Source of the DNA: an uncultured delta proteobacterium
Lineage (GTDB): Bacteria > Desulfobacterota > SM23-61
DNA length: 64,000 nt
Direction of reading: 5' to 3'
NCBI GenBank assembly: GCA_963760605.1
Contig: CAVXFA010000058.1
Location: 14,790 to 78,789 of the forward strand
The notes under the pieces were generated by a model. It did not search any database. It was given only the letters and a program-made list of their open reading frames with translations, and was not told the origin of the DNA. Within the stretch, counting starts at the first letter, position 1, and the number at the start of each line of letters is the position of its first letter. This document shows positions 19,629 through 29,502 of this stretch, in pieces. The translations under genes were made by a program, and so were the position numbers.

Positions 19629-20450
19629 CTAGATGGTTAAGTAACCTCCATCGACGGGGATGATGGCCCCGGTCACGTATCTTGATGCCTCCGATGCGAG
19701 GTATACCGTCGCCCCTTTAAGCTCATCCCCCTCGCCAAACCTCCTCATGGGGATGTGACGGAGAAGCTTCTCCCCGTGGTTTTCTAATACCCACTCGGTC
19801 ATGTCCGTGGGAAACCAACCCGGAGCAATCGCATTAACTCGAATGTTATATCCTGCCCACTTGGCTGCCAAGTCCTTAGTAAAGGCGATCAGGGCCCCCT
19901 TGCTGGCGCTATAAGCGATAGCGTCTGCGGCATCGGATTCCGTTCCGATCATTCCCATGATCGAGGCGATATTGATGATGTTCCCACTTTTCTGCCGGAT
20001 CATTACTCGACCGGCGATCTGGCAAAATAGGAAAACGCCAGTCATGTTGGTCTCCATGACTTTTTGCCAACCTTCCAGACGATACTCTTCCGGAGGAGCT
20101 CCCCAATTTGCTCCAGAATTGTTCACCAAGATGTCCAACCGGCTGAATTCTTTGAGGGTTGTATCCACCACGTTCTGGATATCCTTCGGAGATCTCACAT
20201 CACACGGAAACGCCAAAGTCTTCCCGCCCATTTTGGCGATTTCTTCCGCTACCTTCTGGCAATTTTCCAACTTCCTTGAACAGAGCACCACATTCGCCCC
20301 AGCTTCCGCCAAACCTTCGGCCATCTTCAACCCAATGCCCCTTCCTCCGCCCGTAACGATAGCGATTTTCCCGCTCAGATCAAACATTCCTTTAACATTC
20401 ATTCTGTCACTTCTCCTTTTTGTATAGGGTTCAAAGATTCTCGGGTTCAA
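19629..20450 (-). CDS. Short-chain dehydrogenase/reductase (gluconate 5-dehydrogenase-like)
   Basis: TGGGRGIG, NNSG, YSASK, NAIAPGWFPT. Confidence 0.92.
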   Translation of the reverse strand: MNPRIFEPYTKRRSDRMNVKGMFDLSGKIAIVTGGGRGIGLKMAEGLAEAGANVVLCSRKLENCQKVAEEIAKMGGKTLAFPCDVRSPKDIQNVVDTTLKEFSRLDILVNNSGANWGAPPEEYRLEGWQKVMETNMTGVFLFCQIAGRVMIRQKSGNIINIASIMGMIGTESDAADAIAYSASKGALIAFTKDLAAKWAGYNIRVNAIAPGWFPTDMTEWVLENHGEKLLRHIPMRRFGEGDELKGATVYLASEASRYVTGAIIPVDGGYLTI

Positions 20451-20503
20451 GACGCCAATGAAAAATACAGTATTTTACTTGACCCCGCGAATCCTAGAAC
20501 CCT
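20426..20503. repeat. Intergenic inverted repeat (GGGTTC..GATTC.CGGG..CAAG / CTTG.CCC..GAATC..GAACCC)
   Basis: Imperfect inverted arms of about 25 nt flank an A/T spacer. Confidence 0.5.
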
Positions 20504-20518
20504 CGATTCCCATTTCTT

Positions 20519-21487
20519 TCAGATAAACCGTATGATCCTTGACCCGCGCCTCTGGTCCAAGCGATGAATTCCCTCCTCCCGGGCCAGAGTCACAGCCTCT
20601 TCGTACTCTGCATGGGTCACTCTGCGATTCAGGGGAGGGTTTTCTCGGGCCTCTCCACAGGGCCGGTATTGGGGCATGACATTAACATAGGTATGGGGTG
20701 AAATTTCTCGGGCCAAGAAGCGCATCGCTTCGCGTGTCCCAGCCAACCCGCCGGGCAAAACCAAGTGCCGAATCAAGAGGCCACGCTCGGCAATGCCCCG
20801 GCGGTCGATCACCAGATCTCCAACCTGCCGGTGCATCTCTTTGATCGCCGCCTTAGCTCTCTCCGGGTAATCTCGGGCGCAGCAGAACTTATCAGCAACT
20901 TCTCCGTCCATGAACTTCAAGTCCGGCATGTAGATATCGAAGACACCGTCTAGAAGCTTGAGCGTTTCCACCGAATCATACCCGCCCGTGTTGTAGACCA
21001 GCGGAACCCGCAGCCCTCCCGCAACCGCCTGCGGCAGAGCGCTCAGGATCTGGCCCACGGCATGAGAAGGAGATACGAAATTGATGTTATGGCAGCCCAT
21101 CTCTTGCAGGCTCAGCATCATCTTGGCCAATCGGTCCGTAGGGACCTCTCGCCCCTCCCCCAGGTGGCTGATTTCATAATTCTGGCAGAAAAGGCAGAGA
21201 AGATTGCAATGAGTGAAGAAGATGGTCCCCGACCCTTTAACTCCTACCAGGGGGTCCTCCTCGCCGAAATGGGGGCTGTAACTTGAAATAACGGCCAGCA
21301 TGCCCGTACGGCAAAAGCCTTTTTCATCGGAGGTGCGGTTCACCTCACATTCGCGAGGACAAAGACGACAGGATGTTAGAACTGCCTTAGCCCGAGACGC
21401 TCGCTCTGCGAGAGTTCCTTTCTGAAAAAGGCCTAAGTAGGCCGGCTGGAAAATCTCTTCTCTGTAATCTTTCTTCACAACAACCAT
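20519..21487 (-). CDS. Radical SAM protein, PflX-like
   Basis: CRLCPREC, CNLLCLFCQN (CxxxCxxC), YNTGGY, LLIRHLVLP, NVMPQYRP. Confidence 0.9.
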   Translation of the reverse strand: MVVVKKDYREEIFQPAYLGLFQKGTLAERASRAKAVLTSCRLCPRECEVNRTSDEKGFCRTGMLAVISSYSPHFGEEDPLVGVKGSGTIFFTHCNLLCLFCQNYEISHLGEGREVPTDRLAKMMLSLQEMGCHNINFVSPSHAVGQILSALPQAVAGGLRVPLVYNTGGYDSVETLKLLDGVFDIYMPDLKFMDGEVADKFCCARDYPERAKAAIKEMHRQVGDLVIDRRGIAERGLLIRHLVLPGGLAGTREAMRFLAREISPHTYVNVMPQYRPCGEARENPPLNRRVTHAEYEEAVTLAREEGIHRLDQRRGSRIIRFI

Positions 21488-21525
21488 TTCACTCTTCTAC
21501 TTACGACCCATAATCCTAAAAGAAA

Positions 21526-21702
21526 AGGTTGCTGAAAAAGGGGGCTTTTCGCTACTCCGGATATTCTTACGATCGGCTCATCGCGATTATGGCTCGCGTC
21601 GCTGAAAAATCACTCATTTTTCGGGCGCTTTTCTCCGCCCTGTGCTGTTCCTGGAAAAATAGACTCACGCTCAAAGCTGCTTTTTGACTTTTTCGGCATC
21701 CT
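21526..21702. mobile_element. MITE-like element with IS-type terminal inverted repeats, overlapping the 3' end of the upstream gene
   Basis: Left end AGGTTGCTGAAAAAG; right end CTTTTTCGGCATCCT (reverse complement AGGATGCCGAAAAAG); no transposase. Confidence 0.6.
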
Positions 21703-23392
21703 GGTAAGTCTCGGGATGGAGATTTTTCTTCCCTAAAAGTAGATTCAAATGCTCGGTTGGCTCGTACTTGGTCGCCCTTCCCTTTCCCGACAGGGTAAAA
21801 TATCCTTGTCTGGCAAGTTCCCGAATCATCTCCAGAGCTTTCCTCCGGGATACGGACTTCGGTTGTTTTAGATCTTGGAGGGTGAAGAAGCCCTTCTTTT
21901 CAAGGATCTCTATAACCCAGTTTAAGCCCGGAAGAGAAGCGCCTTGGCCCTCGAATTCCAGGACGCGATAAGCTTTCCCGCGTTTTCTCAGAGGCCGGAC
22001 GATTCCCCGATTGACTAAATCTTTGATCTCCGTGTAGGCCGTATCTCGATCTACCCCTAACTTCTGGTAATCGGAGCTGCTGAAGATCATCCCATGAACT
22101 CTGGCATAACTTAAAATACGTTTCTGGCGCAGATTCAGGGCTTGGCCGCTGAACCTTTGCAGCCAAGCCAGAGTGCCATCATCCAGAATGGGCGTATTCC
22201 TGAATACCAGGCAGCAAAAATTTCCCTCTTCTTTCAACTCCGGTGGATTCAGTCCATGACGATCCATCTCCCGAAAAATCTGAGGCAGGCCTTCACCCAA
22301 TGCTCGCATGATGCCCCTGTCGGTGAGAACGCGCGTGATCAAAGGGTTCCTGGAATAATGGACTTTTTCCTGACCCAACAGTTGTTGAATTTTGACAGGG
22401 CCGGGGAGCTTGCCGGGGCTACGGACCTCGATACGATCGTCGAACATCCAGATCTCAACGGCGCTTCCTTCGAGACTATAATCCCGGTGGGCGATGGCGT
22501 TGATGAGAGCCTCCATCCAGGCGAAAGCAGGATATTCAAATTTCTCTCGGAAGAAGAGGTCTCGCCGCACAATTCGCTGCTTGACCCGCTCTCCCAGGAT
22601 GCTTTCCATCTCTCCGATTAGTCTCAGGATCGGGGCTTCGATGCGGAGGCGTTCGGCCACATTGGTTCCGTTCTTGGCTGCTTTTTCGTTTCCCTCGAAG
22701 CGGACGAATTCTACCCCCGGTCGGGGGTGCCAGCGCAAGGGGTCCTTGCCGAAAAGATAGGCAGCCGCCCGGGTTAATAAAGGCTTCCCCTCGTGATATT
22801 CGATCAGCCCATAAGGGCGGTGAAGGATTTTTTCAGCCTCTTCGTGCACGCCTAGATGACCGATAAAGTCAGCGACCAGATTTTCCTCTAAGTCTTCCAG
22901 GGAGCTTTTGGGAAGGACTTCTCGTTCGTGCCAGGTCTCGTACCTCGCCTCCTTGAGGGCGGCCATTCTCTCCTTGGAGAGCAGGACATTCTGCGCCCCG
23001 ACTCGAAGATAGCACTTTCCATTTCGTAAAAGATGAATAGCCGGATTGGGAATAACAGTGAATTTGAGAAGGGCCTGCCCTTCCATCTGCTCTTGCGTAA
23101 CCTCGAACTTAAGAGGCGGGACAGCTGACCTCTCCAGAGCCCGCAGGAAAAGATTATATGCTTTGTGACCGAAAAAAATCCCCAAGACTTCTCCGCCCGC
23201 TTCCGCGCCCAGAAGAACCGTTCCGCCATCCGCGTTGGCCATGGCGCTCAAGGATTCGGCAACCGCCTGCCCAATTTCCTTTAAAGTTCGCTTCTTAAGC
23301 CCCCCACTGAGACCCCTTCGGTAGCAGCTCAAGAGATCGCCGAATTGTCCTGGGGCCTGTTGTCGGAATTGAATCCATTCCTCCTTTTTCAT
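21671..23392 (-). CDS. Schlafen/AlbA_2-like domain + RecG_C-type (HATPase_c_4) + C-terminal HTH protein
   Basis: SAMANADGGTVLLG (AlbA_2), EALINAIAHRDY, FDDRIEVRSPGKL, SRNPLI, C-terminal winged-helix-like segments. Confidence 0.85.
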   Translation of the reverse strand: MKKEEWIQFRQQAPGQFGDLLSCYRRGLSGGLKKRTLKEIGQAVAESLSAMANADGGTVLLGAEAGGEVLGIFFGHKAYNLFLRALERSAVPPLKFEVTQEQMEGQALLKFTVIPNPAIHLLRNGKCYLRVGAQNVLLSKERMAALKEARYETWHEREVLPKSSLEDLEENLVADFIGHLGVHEEAEKILHRPYGLIEYHEGKPLLTRAAAYLFGKDPLRWHPRPGVEFVRFEGNEKAAKNGTNVAERLRIEAPILRLIGEMESILGERVKQRIVRRDLFFREKFEYPAFAWMEALINAIAHRDYSLEGSAVEIWMFDDRIEVRSPGKLPGPVKIQQLLGQEKVHYSRNPLITRVLTDRGIMRALGEGLPQIFREMDRHGLNPPELKEEGNFCCLVFRNTPILDDGTLAWLQRFSGQALNLRQKRILSYARVHGMIFSSSDYQKLGVDRDTAYTEIKDLVNRGIVRPLRKRGKAYRVLEFEGQGASLPGLNWVIEILEKKGFFTLQDLKQPKSVSRRKALEMIRELARQGYFTLSGKGRATKYEPTEHLNLLLGKKNLHPETYQDAEKVKKQL

Positions 23393-23400
23393 AAGTTTCC

Positions 23401-24156
23401 CTAAGGCAAGCCCAGTTTGAAAAAATCTTGGGCATTCAAGAAAGTTTGATCAGCAATTTCCGCGGGTTCCTGGCCCTTCAGTTCGCTCACTGCCTTCAGG
23501 GAAATGAAAAGGTCTTTCGGTTCGCTTGGGTTTCCTTGGTAAACTTCCGGGGCATCCGTCTCCAAGAGCAACCGGTCGAGGGGAACCATTTTGATCGCCC
23601 GCCGATGCCTTTCGCTGTAAGCTGCTGCTGGCGTGGCTGAAATGAAGTACCCCCGCTCGAATATTTCTTTAAGAACGCCCGCAGGGCCGCTGTACCAATG
23701 GAACACGGCCCTCTCGACCTGGAAAGCTTGCAGCAAATCCAATGCCCTTGCCCAGGCTCTGCGGGCGTGCAGGAGAATGGGTTTCTTTTCCCGGGAAGCG
23801 ATCGCCAACAGCCTCCGCAGAACTTCTTCTTGTTGCTGCTGAGGAGTCTCGATGGCGAAATCCAGCCCGACCTCTCCCAAAGCCAAGCACCGAGGAAGTT
23901 CTCTCTCGATCAAGGAAAAATTGGCCTGGAGATCATCCTTGTTCAGTCGCCAAGGATGGAGGCCCAGGGCAGGAAACACAAAACTGGGATACCGGCCCGC
24001 CAGATCCAAAATTTTTTCATTCGCAGCCAGGTCTGCACCAACCCCTACAACCGCCCGGATCCCAGCTTCTTTGGCCCGGGCCAGGGCTCCCTCGACGTCT
24101 TTGATTTCATCCAAATGAGCATGAGTATCGATGAGCTTCAAGGAAAGTCGCCCCAC
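23401..24156 (-). CDS. tatD: TatD family hydrolase/DNase
   Basis: DTHAHL, GLHP, GEVGLD, LHAR, FHWY, LETDAP. Confidence 0.92.
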   Translation of the reverse strand: MGRLSLKLIDTHAHLDEIKDVEGALARAKEAGIRAVVGVGADLAANEKILDLAGRYPSFVFPALGLHPWRLNKDDLQANFSLIERELPRCLALGEVGLDFAIETPQQQQEEVLRRLLAIASREKKPILLHARRAWARALDLLQAFQVERAVFHWYSGPAGVLKEIFERGYFISATPAAAYSERHRRAIKMVPLDRLLLETDAPEVYQGNPSEPKDLFISLKAVSELKGQEPAEIADQTFLNAQDFFKLGLP

Positions 24157-24227
24157 AATTTCCGAAGAAAGATTTAAGTCATGATCGCCATCGTTCCCGA
24201 TGGAACTGGATCAGAAAGATCAACCTC

Positions 24228-24881
24228 TCACTCCTCTTTCCAGCCGAAGTCTCCCACCAGGGGGACAAAGACGCATCCCGTAAGATCCTCTTCCGTGAAT
24301 TGGTTTCTTTTGCGGGTCACTTTATAGAGCGTCTGGGTATAGCGGGGACCGACCGGGATAACCAACCTTCCCCCTTCCGCCAATTGAGAGGTGAGCGTTT
24401 GGGGGATCTCAGGCGCTCCAGCAGTGACAATGATCCCGTCGAAGGGAGCCTTTTCCGGCCATCCCTTCGTCCCATCCCCCGTCAGAAAAAAAATATTCTC
24501 GTAACCAAGTTCCTGCAGAATCTTTTGGGCTCTAAGGAGAAGCTCCTGGATTCGCTCAATAGTGAAGATCGTTTTAGCCAGCTCTGCCAAGATGGCAGTT
24601 TGATACCCTGATCCTGTACCAATCTCCAAGACCCGCTCATCTCCCTTCAGTTCCAATGATTGGGTCATCACTGCGACCATATAGGGTTGAGATATCGTTT
24701 GCCCCTCGCCAATGGGGAGCGGGCGGTCTTCATAAGCCGCAAGTTGATAATCGGAAGAGACGAAAGAATGGCGGGGAATATTGGCCAGAACTGCCAGCAA
24801 GCGCTGGTCATGGATGCCCCGCCTGTGGAGTTGCTCTTCCACCATGGCCAACCGTTCCTTCTTAAAATCCTGCACGACCAA
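24228..24881 (-). CDS. pcm: Protein-L-isoaspartate O-methyltransferase
   Basis: GQTISQPYMVA, VLEIGTGSGYQTA, GDGTKGWPEKAPFD, CVFVPLVG. Confidence 0.96.
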   Translation of the reverse strand: MVVQDFKKERLAMVEEQLHRRGIHDQRLLAVLANIPRHSFVSSDYQLAAYEDRPLPIGEGQTISQPYMVAVMTQSLELKGDERVLEIGTGSGYQTAILAELAKTIFTIERIQELLLRAQKILQELGYENIFFLTGDGTKGWPEKAPFDGIIVTAGAPEIPQTLTSQLAEGGRLVIPVGPRYTQTLYKVTRKRNQFTEEDLTGCVFVPLVGDFGWKEE

Positions 24882-24886
24882 ATCCT

Positions 24887-25057
24887 TTCACCACAGAGAA
24901 CGCAGAGATCTTAAAAAGAAATTTCCCATCCGAAATCTCCTCCCCCACCCAGTGGAGAAAGAAACTTTGCGGGCGTTCGGGTATCGAAAGCCTCGGGAAT
25001 TTCTATTTTTCCGATCTTAATTTTTTTCTCTGCCCCCTCTGCGGTCTCTGCGGTGAA
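24887..25057. repeat. Intergenic inverted repeat (TTCACCACAGAG..CGCAGAG / CTCTGCG..CTCTGCGGTGAA)
   Basis: Arms of about 22 nt at both ends of the pcm-apgM spacer. Confidence 0.65.
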
Positions 25058-25065
25058 AACTATTC

Positions 25066-26274
25066 TTAAGCCCCAAACTTCGTTAACCTCCGGGCATGGG
25101 CCAGGGCCAGTGGCATGAGGTCCACGGATGGCATTCTCCCCAAAACTCCCCCGATACAGCTGACTTCATCAAATTTTTTTACCGGGTCGATCAAGCAATA
25201 CTTCGAATGCAGGATGAGCGGCAAGGGATGCCAGCTATGGCTGGCCATCTTCGCAGGGGTGGAGTGATCTCCCGTCACTACCAGAACATCGGGCTGGAGC
25301 GACCTCGCTTGCGGAATGTAGTGGTCTACATCCTCAATCACCCCCACCTTGCCGTCGAAATCTCCGTCTTCTCCACGGGAGTCCGTTTGTTTGATGTGCA
25401 GGAAAAAGAAATCATACTTGGCAAAATGATCCGCCAAAGCCTTAAACTCCTCAGCCAGGGTCCCAACATTGGAAAGTACGGTCATCCCCACCAATCGGCT
25501 AATCCCCCGATACATGGGATAAGTGGCGATGGCCAGGGCGTTCAGTCCATAGCGGTCTTTCATCGAAGGATATCGGGTGTGCTTGGCAAAGCCGCGCAGG
25601 AGGACCATGTTCGCCTTGGGCTCATCCGAAAGGAGTTGACGAGTCTGGAAAATAAACTCCCGCACCACGGCTGCTGTCTTTTCAGCCTCTGGAACCAAAG
25701 CTTTGGGCTCCAGGGGAGGAAGACCTTCCCGCTCCGGGTCCGTGTCCTCAATCTCTCCCCTAAGCCCTTTCCCCCGAAGAACCAAAACAGCCCGGTGTTC
25801 TTTCACAGGTTCCACCATAACTTCCACCCCTCCACCTAGCTGCAAGCCTCTTTGGAGCTTCTGGCAGATTCGCTGATTGGTTTCGTTTGAAATTCGTCCC
25901 GCTCTGCGGTCGATCACTTTCCCGTTTTTATCTACGGTAGCAAAATTCACTCGGGCCACAACGTCCTGTTCTGTGAGGGGAAAATCGATTCCTGTGGCTT
26001 CCAGGATCCCCCTCCCGATATTGTATTGGAAAGGATCATAACCAAAGAGGGCAAAATGGGAAGGACCGCTCCCCGGCGTGATCCCTGGAGAAACAGGTTC
26101 CAGAATGCCGCAGGAAGAAACCTCAGCGAGTTTATCCAGGTTTGGTGTCCGGGCCACTTGCAGCTCTGTCCCGCCCTTTTCTTCCACCTGGATTCCACCC
26201 AAACCGTCGAGGATGATAAACACGATCTTCGATGACCCCGGCACCAACAGTCCAGTTAACAGGCTGGAGTCCAT
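25066..26274 (-). CDS. apgM: 2,3-bisphosphoglycerate-independent phosphoglycerate mutase (archaeal-type)
   Basis: LDGLGG, TPGSGPSH (catalytic Ser), DRRAGRI, DSRGEDGD, TGDHSTP. Confidence 0.93.
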   Translation of the reverse strand: MDSSLLTGLLVPGSSKIVFIILDGLGGIQVEEKGGTELQVARTPNLDKLAEVSSCGILEPVSPGITPGSGPSHFALFGYDPFQYNIGRGILEATGIDFPLTEQDVVARVNFATVDKNGKVIDRRAGRISNETNQRICQKLQRGLQLGGGVEVMVEPVKEHRAVLVLRGKGLRGEIEDTDPEREGLPPLEPKALVPEAEKTAAVVREFIFQTRQLLSDEPKANMVLLRGFAKHTRYPSMKDRYGLNALAIATYPMYRGISRLVGMTVLSNVGTLAEEFKALADHFAKYDFFFLHIKQTDSRGEDGDFDGKVGVIEDVDHYIPQARSLQPDVLVVTGDHSTPAKMASHSWHPLPLILHSKYCLIDPVKKFDEVSCIGGVLGRMPSVDLMPLALAHARRLTKFGA

Positions 26275-26332
26275 GAACTCCTCCTAACTCAAAATCCTTT
26301 AGAGGTTCTTTCAAATAAAATAATAAAAATTA

Positions 26333-26419
26333 TAAAGTTAAGATTGATAATTTAAAGTTACAAGTTAGTTTTTTAAAGCGCTCAACCCTTCGAATTTTAT
26401 TTCTTCAATCTTAACTTTA
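26333..26419. repeat. AT-rich perfect 15-bp inverted repeat
   Basis: TAAAGTTAAGATTGA (26333-26347) and TCAATCTTAACTTTA (26405-26419). Confidence 0.6.
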
Positions 26420-26435
26420 AAAATCGCAAAGGCTT

Positions 26436-26567
26436 TCAAGTTTTGGGCGGCTCGTGGGCAACAGGCGCCGCCGGCGCTGTTTGAGTCTTTCTTTTATCTT
26501 TTTTGCGTTTCGCCCTCAGGTGGAATTGGTGCTGTTTTCTCTTGTGTTTGCTCTTTGAAGTAGCCAA
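26436..26567 (-). CDS. Small basic protein, 43 aa (below the ORF-track cut-off)
   Basis: Shine-Dalgarno GGGGGAG, then TTG start, then MATSKSKHKRKQHQFHLRAKRKKDKRKTQTAPAAPVAHEPPKT*. Confidence 0.55.
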   Translation of the reverse strand: MATSKSKHKRKQHQFHLRAKRKKDKRKTQTAPAAPVAHEPPKT

Positions 26568-26667
26568 TAAACTCCCCCTTCCATGTTTTTTAAGATAGAA
26601 TATAGAAAAAAACATTTTTAATCAACCCCCAAAAAATATCTCTGCAGGGCTCTGAAAGGGGAAAAGG

Positions 26668-27828
26668 ATGGGCCGCCTCATTCTCACGCCCAAGGGGCTC
26701 TCCTGGTTTAGAAAGGGACACCCCTGGATCTTCAGAAATGACCTGGAAAGAATCCACGATGCCGCCCCCGGGAGCATCGTATCCCTGGAAACTAAGAATG
26801 GAAAATTCTTGGCGCGGGGTTTTTACAGTGATCAGTCCAAGATCGCCTTCCGCCTCATCTCCCGGAGTAAAGAGGTCATTGATGCGGATTATTGGAAGAA
26901 GTGCATTCTCAAGGCCCTTCAATACCGGCAGGCTGTGGTGGAACGGACAAATGCTTATCGACTGGTCTTCGGGGAATCGGACGGAATTCCCTCCCTCATT
27001 ATTGATCGATATGCCGATCATTTTGTGATGCAAACCCTGGCCCAGGGTCCTGAAAATTTAATCTCCCTTATCACCGAGATCTTGCTGGATATATTTCATC
27101 CCCAATCCATCATCCTGCGCAATGACCTGGCTGTGCGGGAGCTTGAAGGCTTGCCGCCGGAGAAAAAAATTCTTTTTGGAGAATTTCCCAAAAATGTACA
27201 GGTCTTTGAAGGAGAAATTCATTACCGGGCAGATTTATGGACGGGACAGAAAACCGGCGCTTACCTAGATCAAAGAGAGAACCGCCTCTTGGCTGCCCGC
27301 TTTCTTCAAGGGAGAATTCTCGACGCCTTCTGCTACCATGGATTGTTTGGCCTTCATGCCGCCCGGAATGCCTCCCGGGTCATTGGCATTGACTCTTCCC
27401 CGGAGGCCATCGAGCAGGCCAAGGAGAATGCCCTTTTAAATGCTTTGACCAATATGGAATTCCGCAAGGAAAATGTTTTTGACTTTCTTAAAAAAGAGGC
27501 TGATGAAGGGCAGAGCTACGATGGGATCATCCTCGATCCGCCGGCATTTGCCAAGAGCAAAGAGAATATAGCCGGAGCCACTCGCGGGTACAAGGAACTC
27601 AACCTGCGAGCCATCCGCCTACTGAACCCCGGGGGGATCCTGGTTACTTCTTCTTGCTCTTACAATCTTTCCGAATCGAAGTTTCTGGAAATCCTGCGGG
27701 AATGTGAAAAAGACTCGGGATGCACTTTGCGAATCATCGAAAAGAGGGGCCAAAGCGCCGACCATCCGGTTCTCCTTTCCTTCCCCGAAAGTTTTTACCT
27801 GAAATGCCTTTTTTTAGAAAAAATCTAA
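26668..27828 (+). CDS. rlmI: Class I SAM-dependent rRNA methyltransferase, RlmI family
   Basis: GHPWIF (PUA), GESDGIPSLIIDRY, GQKTGAYLDQRENR, ILDPPAFAK, TSSCS. Confidence 0.88.
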   Translation: MGRLILTPKGLSWFRKGHPWIFRNDLERIHDAAPGSIVSLETKNGKFLARGFYSDQSKIAFRLISRSKEVIDADYWKKCILKALQYRQAVVERTNAYRLVFGESDGIPSLIIDRYADHFVMQTLAQGPENLISLITEILLDIFHPQSIILRNDLAVRELEGLPPEKKILFGEFPKNVQVFEGEIHYRADLWTGQKTGAYLDQRENRLLAARFLQGRILDAFCYHGLFGLHAARNASRVIGIDSSPEAIEQAKENALLNALTNMEFRKENVFDFLKKEADEGQSYDGIILDPPAFAKSKENIAGATRGYKELNLRAIRLLNPGGILVTSSCSYNLSESKFLEILRECEKDSGCTLRIIEKRGQSADHPVLLSFPESFYLKCLFLEKI

Positions 27829-28023
27829 CTTCTCCGATGACCGGATGGTTACCCACGAACCTTGGCCCCAGCCATCCTCTTTGAGAATTTCTTTGAACTG
27901 GTTTTTGCTGATCAGCATGGGCTGCTCATAACATTGGTGGGGGGAAAATCTTCTATTTTCGTGGTAAAGTGGAGAATATCAAATTTCAGACCGAACTTTT
28001 TTCCCGAGGGGTTTAACCGCACA

Positions 28024-29357
28024 GTGAAAAATCAGCCGAAAATTACGGTGGGGATCATGGACCGGCAGGCCGAAGTCACCGGCTGCTCTGAATGGAAATT
28101 TCCGCGGGGACGGGTTCGGTCCTGTGTCGGGCCGGTTTTCAGCAAAGGCGATGTCGGGGATGATCCGTGCTCACCGATGAAGCCCATCTGGAAATCGCTC
28201 GTTCTCCTTCGATCCGGCTCACAGCCCCGGAAGATTCGACTTTTGAATTATTTCATGTGACCATCGGAAACCGGTTCCACTGGGAGAGGAAGGAAGATCA
28301 GACCTTTCGAGGGAACCTGATTCTTTGGCCGCGCCAGGACGGAACGATTGCCGCCATCAATGAAATCCCCTTAGAGGATTATCTGAAAAGTGTGATCTCC
28401 TCGGAGATGAGCGCCGCAGCCCCGATGGAATTTCTGAAGGTTCACGCCATCCTATCCCGAAGCTGGCTTCTGGCCGCGCTCGATCGGAAGAAGAAAACAA
28501 AAGAAACACCTCTGTCGGCGCGGAAGATCCCCGAAAAGGAAGGAGAGGTGATCCGCTGGTATGACCGGGAGGACCACGATCTTTTCGATGTCTGCGCCGA
28601 TGACCACTGCCAGCGCTACCAGGGGATCCGAAAGATCCTATCCGCACAGGCCGAAGAGGCTGTGCGGGAAACCCTCGGGAGGGTCATCACTTACCAGGAT
28701 GAAATCTGCGATGCCCGATATTCCAAGGCCTGCGGAGGACTGACGGAAGACTTCGATACGGCCTGGGATGATAAGCGAGTTCCTTATCTGACAAGCATTT
28801 CGGATGCACCGGTTCCGCATCGCCCGATCGGGACGGAGGAAGAAGCGGCCCGCTGGATCCTTTCAGGCCCGGAGGCGTACTGCCATACAAAAGACGAAAG
28901 TCTTCTCGAAAAAATCCTTCCCGCCTTTGACCGCGAGACCAAAAGCTTTTTCCGCTGGACGATCGAATATTCCCGCGAAGAACTCGAAGAGATCCTGCGA
29001 GAAAAATCGGGTTTTGATTTCGGCGATCTGCAGGAGATCGTACCCCTTCGCCGGGGCCCTTCGGGGCGGATCTGCCGGTTGAAAATCGTCGGTTCGAAGA
29101 AAAGCATGGTCGTGGGAAAGGAACTGGAAATACGCCGATGGCTTTCCCGGAGTCACCTTTACAGCAGTGCCTTCCTGGTGAAGGTGAAATATGATCCTCG
29201 CGGGAAAGCCGAGCGATTTACCTTTCATGGGGCGGGCTGGGGACACGGCGTGGGGCTCTGCCAGATCGGCGCCGCCGTCATGGCCACCCGGGGATTTTCA
29301 GCGGAGGAAATCCTGAAGCATTACTTCCGGGGAGTGGAAATAAAGAAAATCTACTAA
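28024..29357 (+). CDS. SpoIID/LytB domain protein (lytic transglycosylase-like); two N-terminal indels near 28087 and 28166
   Basis: INEIPLEDYLKSVISSEM, DVCADDHCQRYQG, YSKACGG, GAGWGHGVGLCQIGA. The N-terminus is recovered only by changing frame twice. Confidence 0.85.
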
Positions 29358-29363
29358 AAAAAC

Positions 29364-29494
29364 TTGGAATATTGGAATGATGGAATACTGGAATGTTGGG
29401 TATAGCCTTCAGCAATCCAAAAACTATAAGATCTCTATTTTTGCTTTTTGAGGATTTTCCCATTATTCCATCATTCCACTATTCCAATATTCCA
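29364..29494. repeat. Inverted array of 8-nt TGGAATNN units
   Basis: ttggaatattggaatgatggaatactggaatgttggg ... cccattattccatcattccactattccaatattcca. Confidence 0.75.
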
Positions 29495-29502
29495 TCGGTG
29501 AG

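Noticed and set aside
29364-29494. CRISPR array
   Set aside because: Units are 8 nt, contiguous and inverted, with no unique 30-40 nt spacers and no cas genes.
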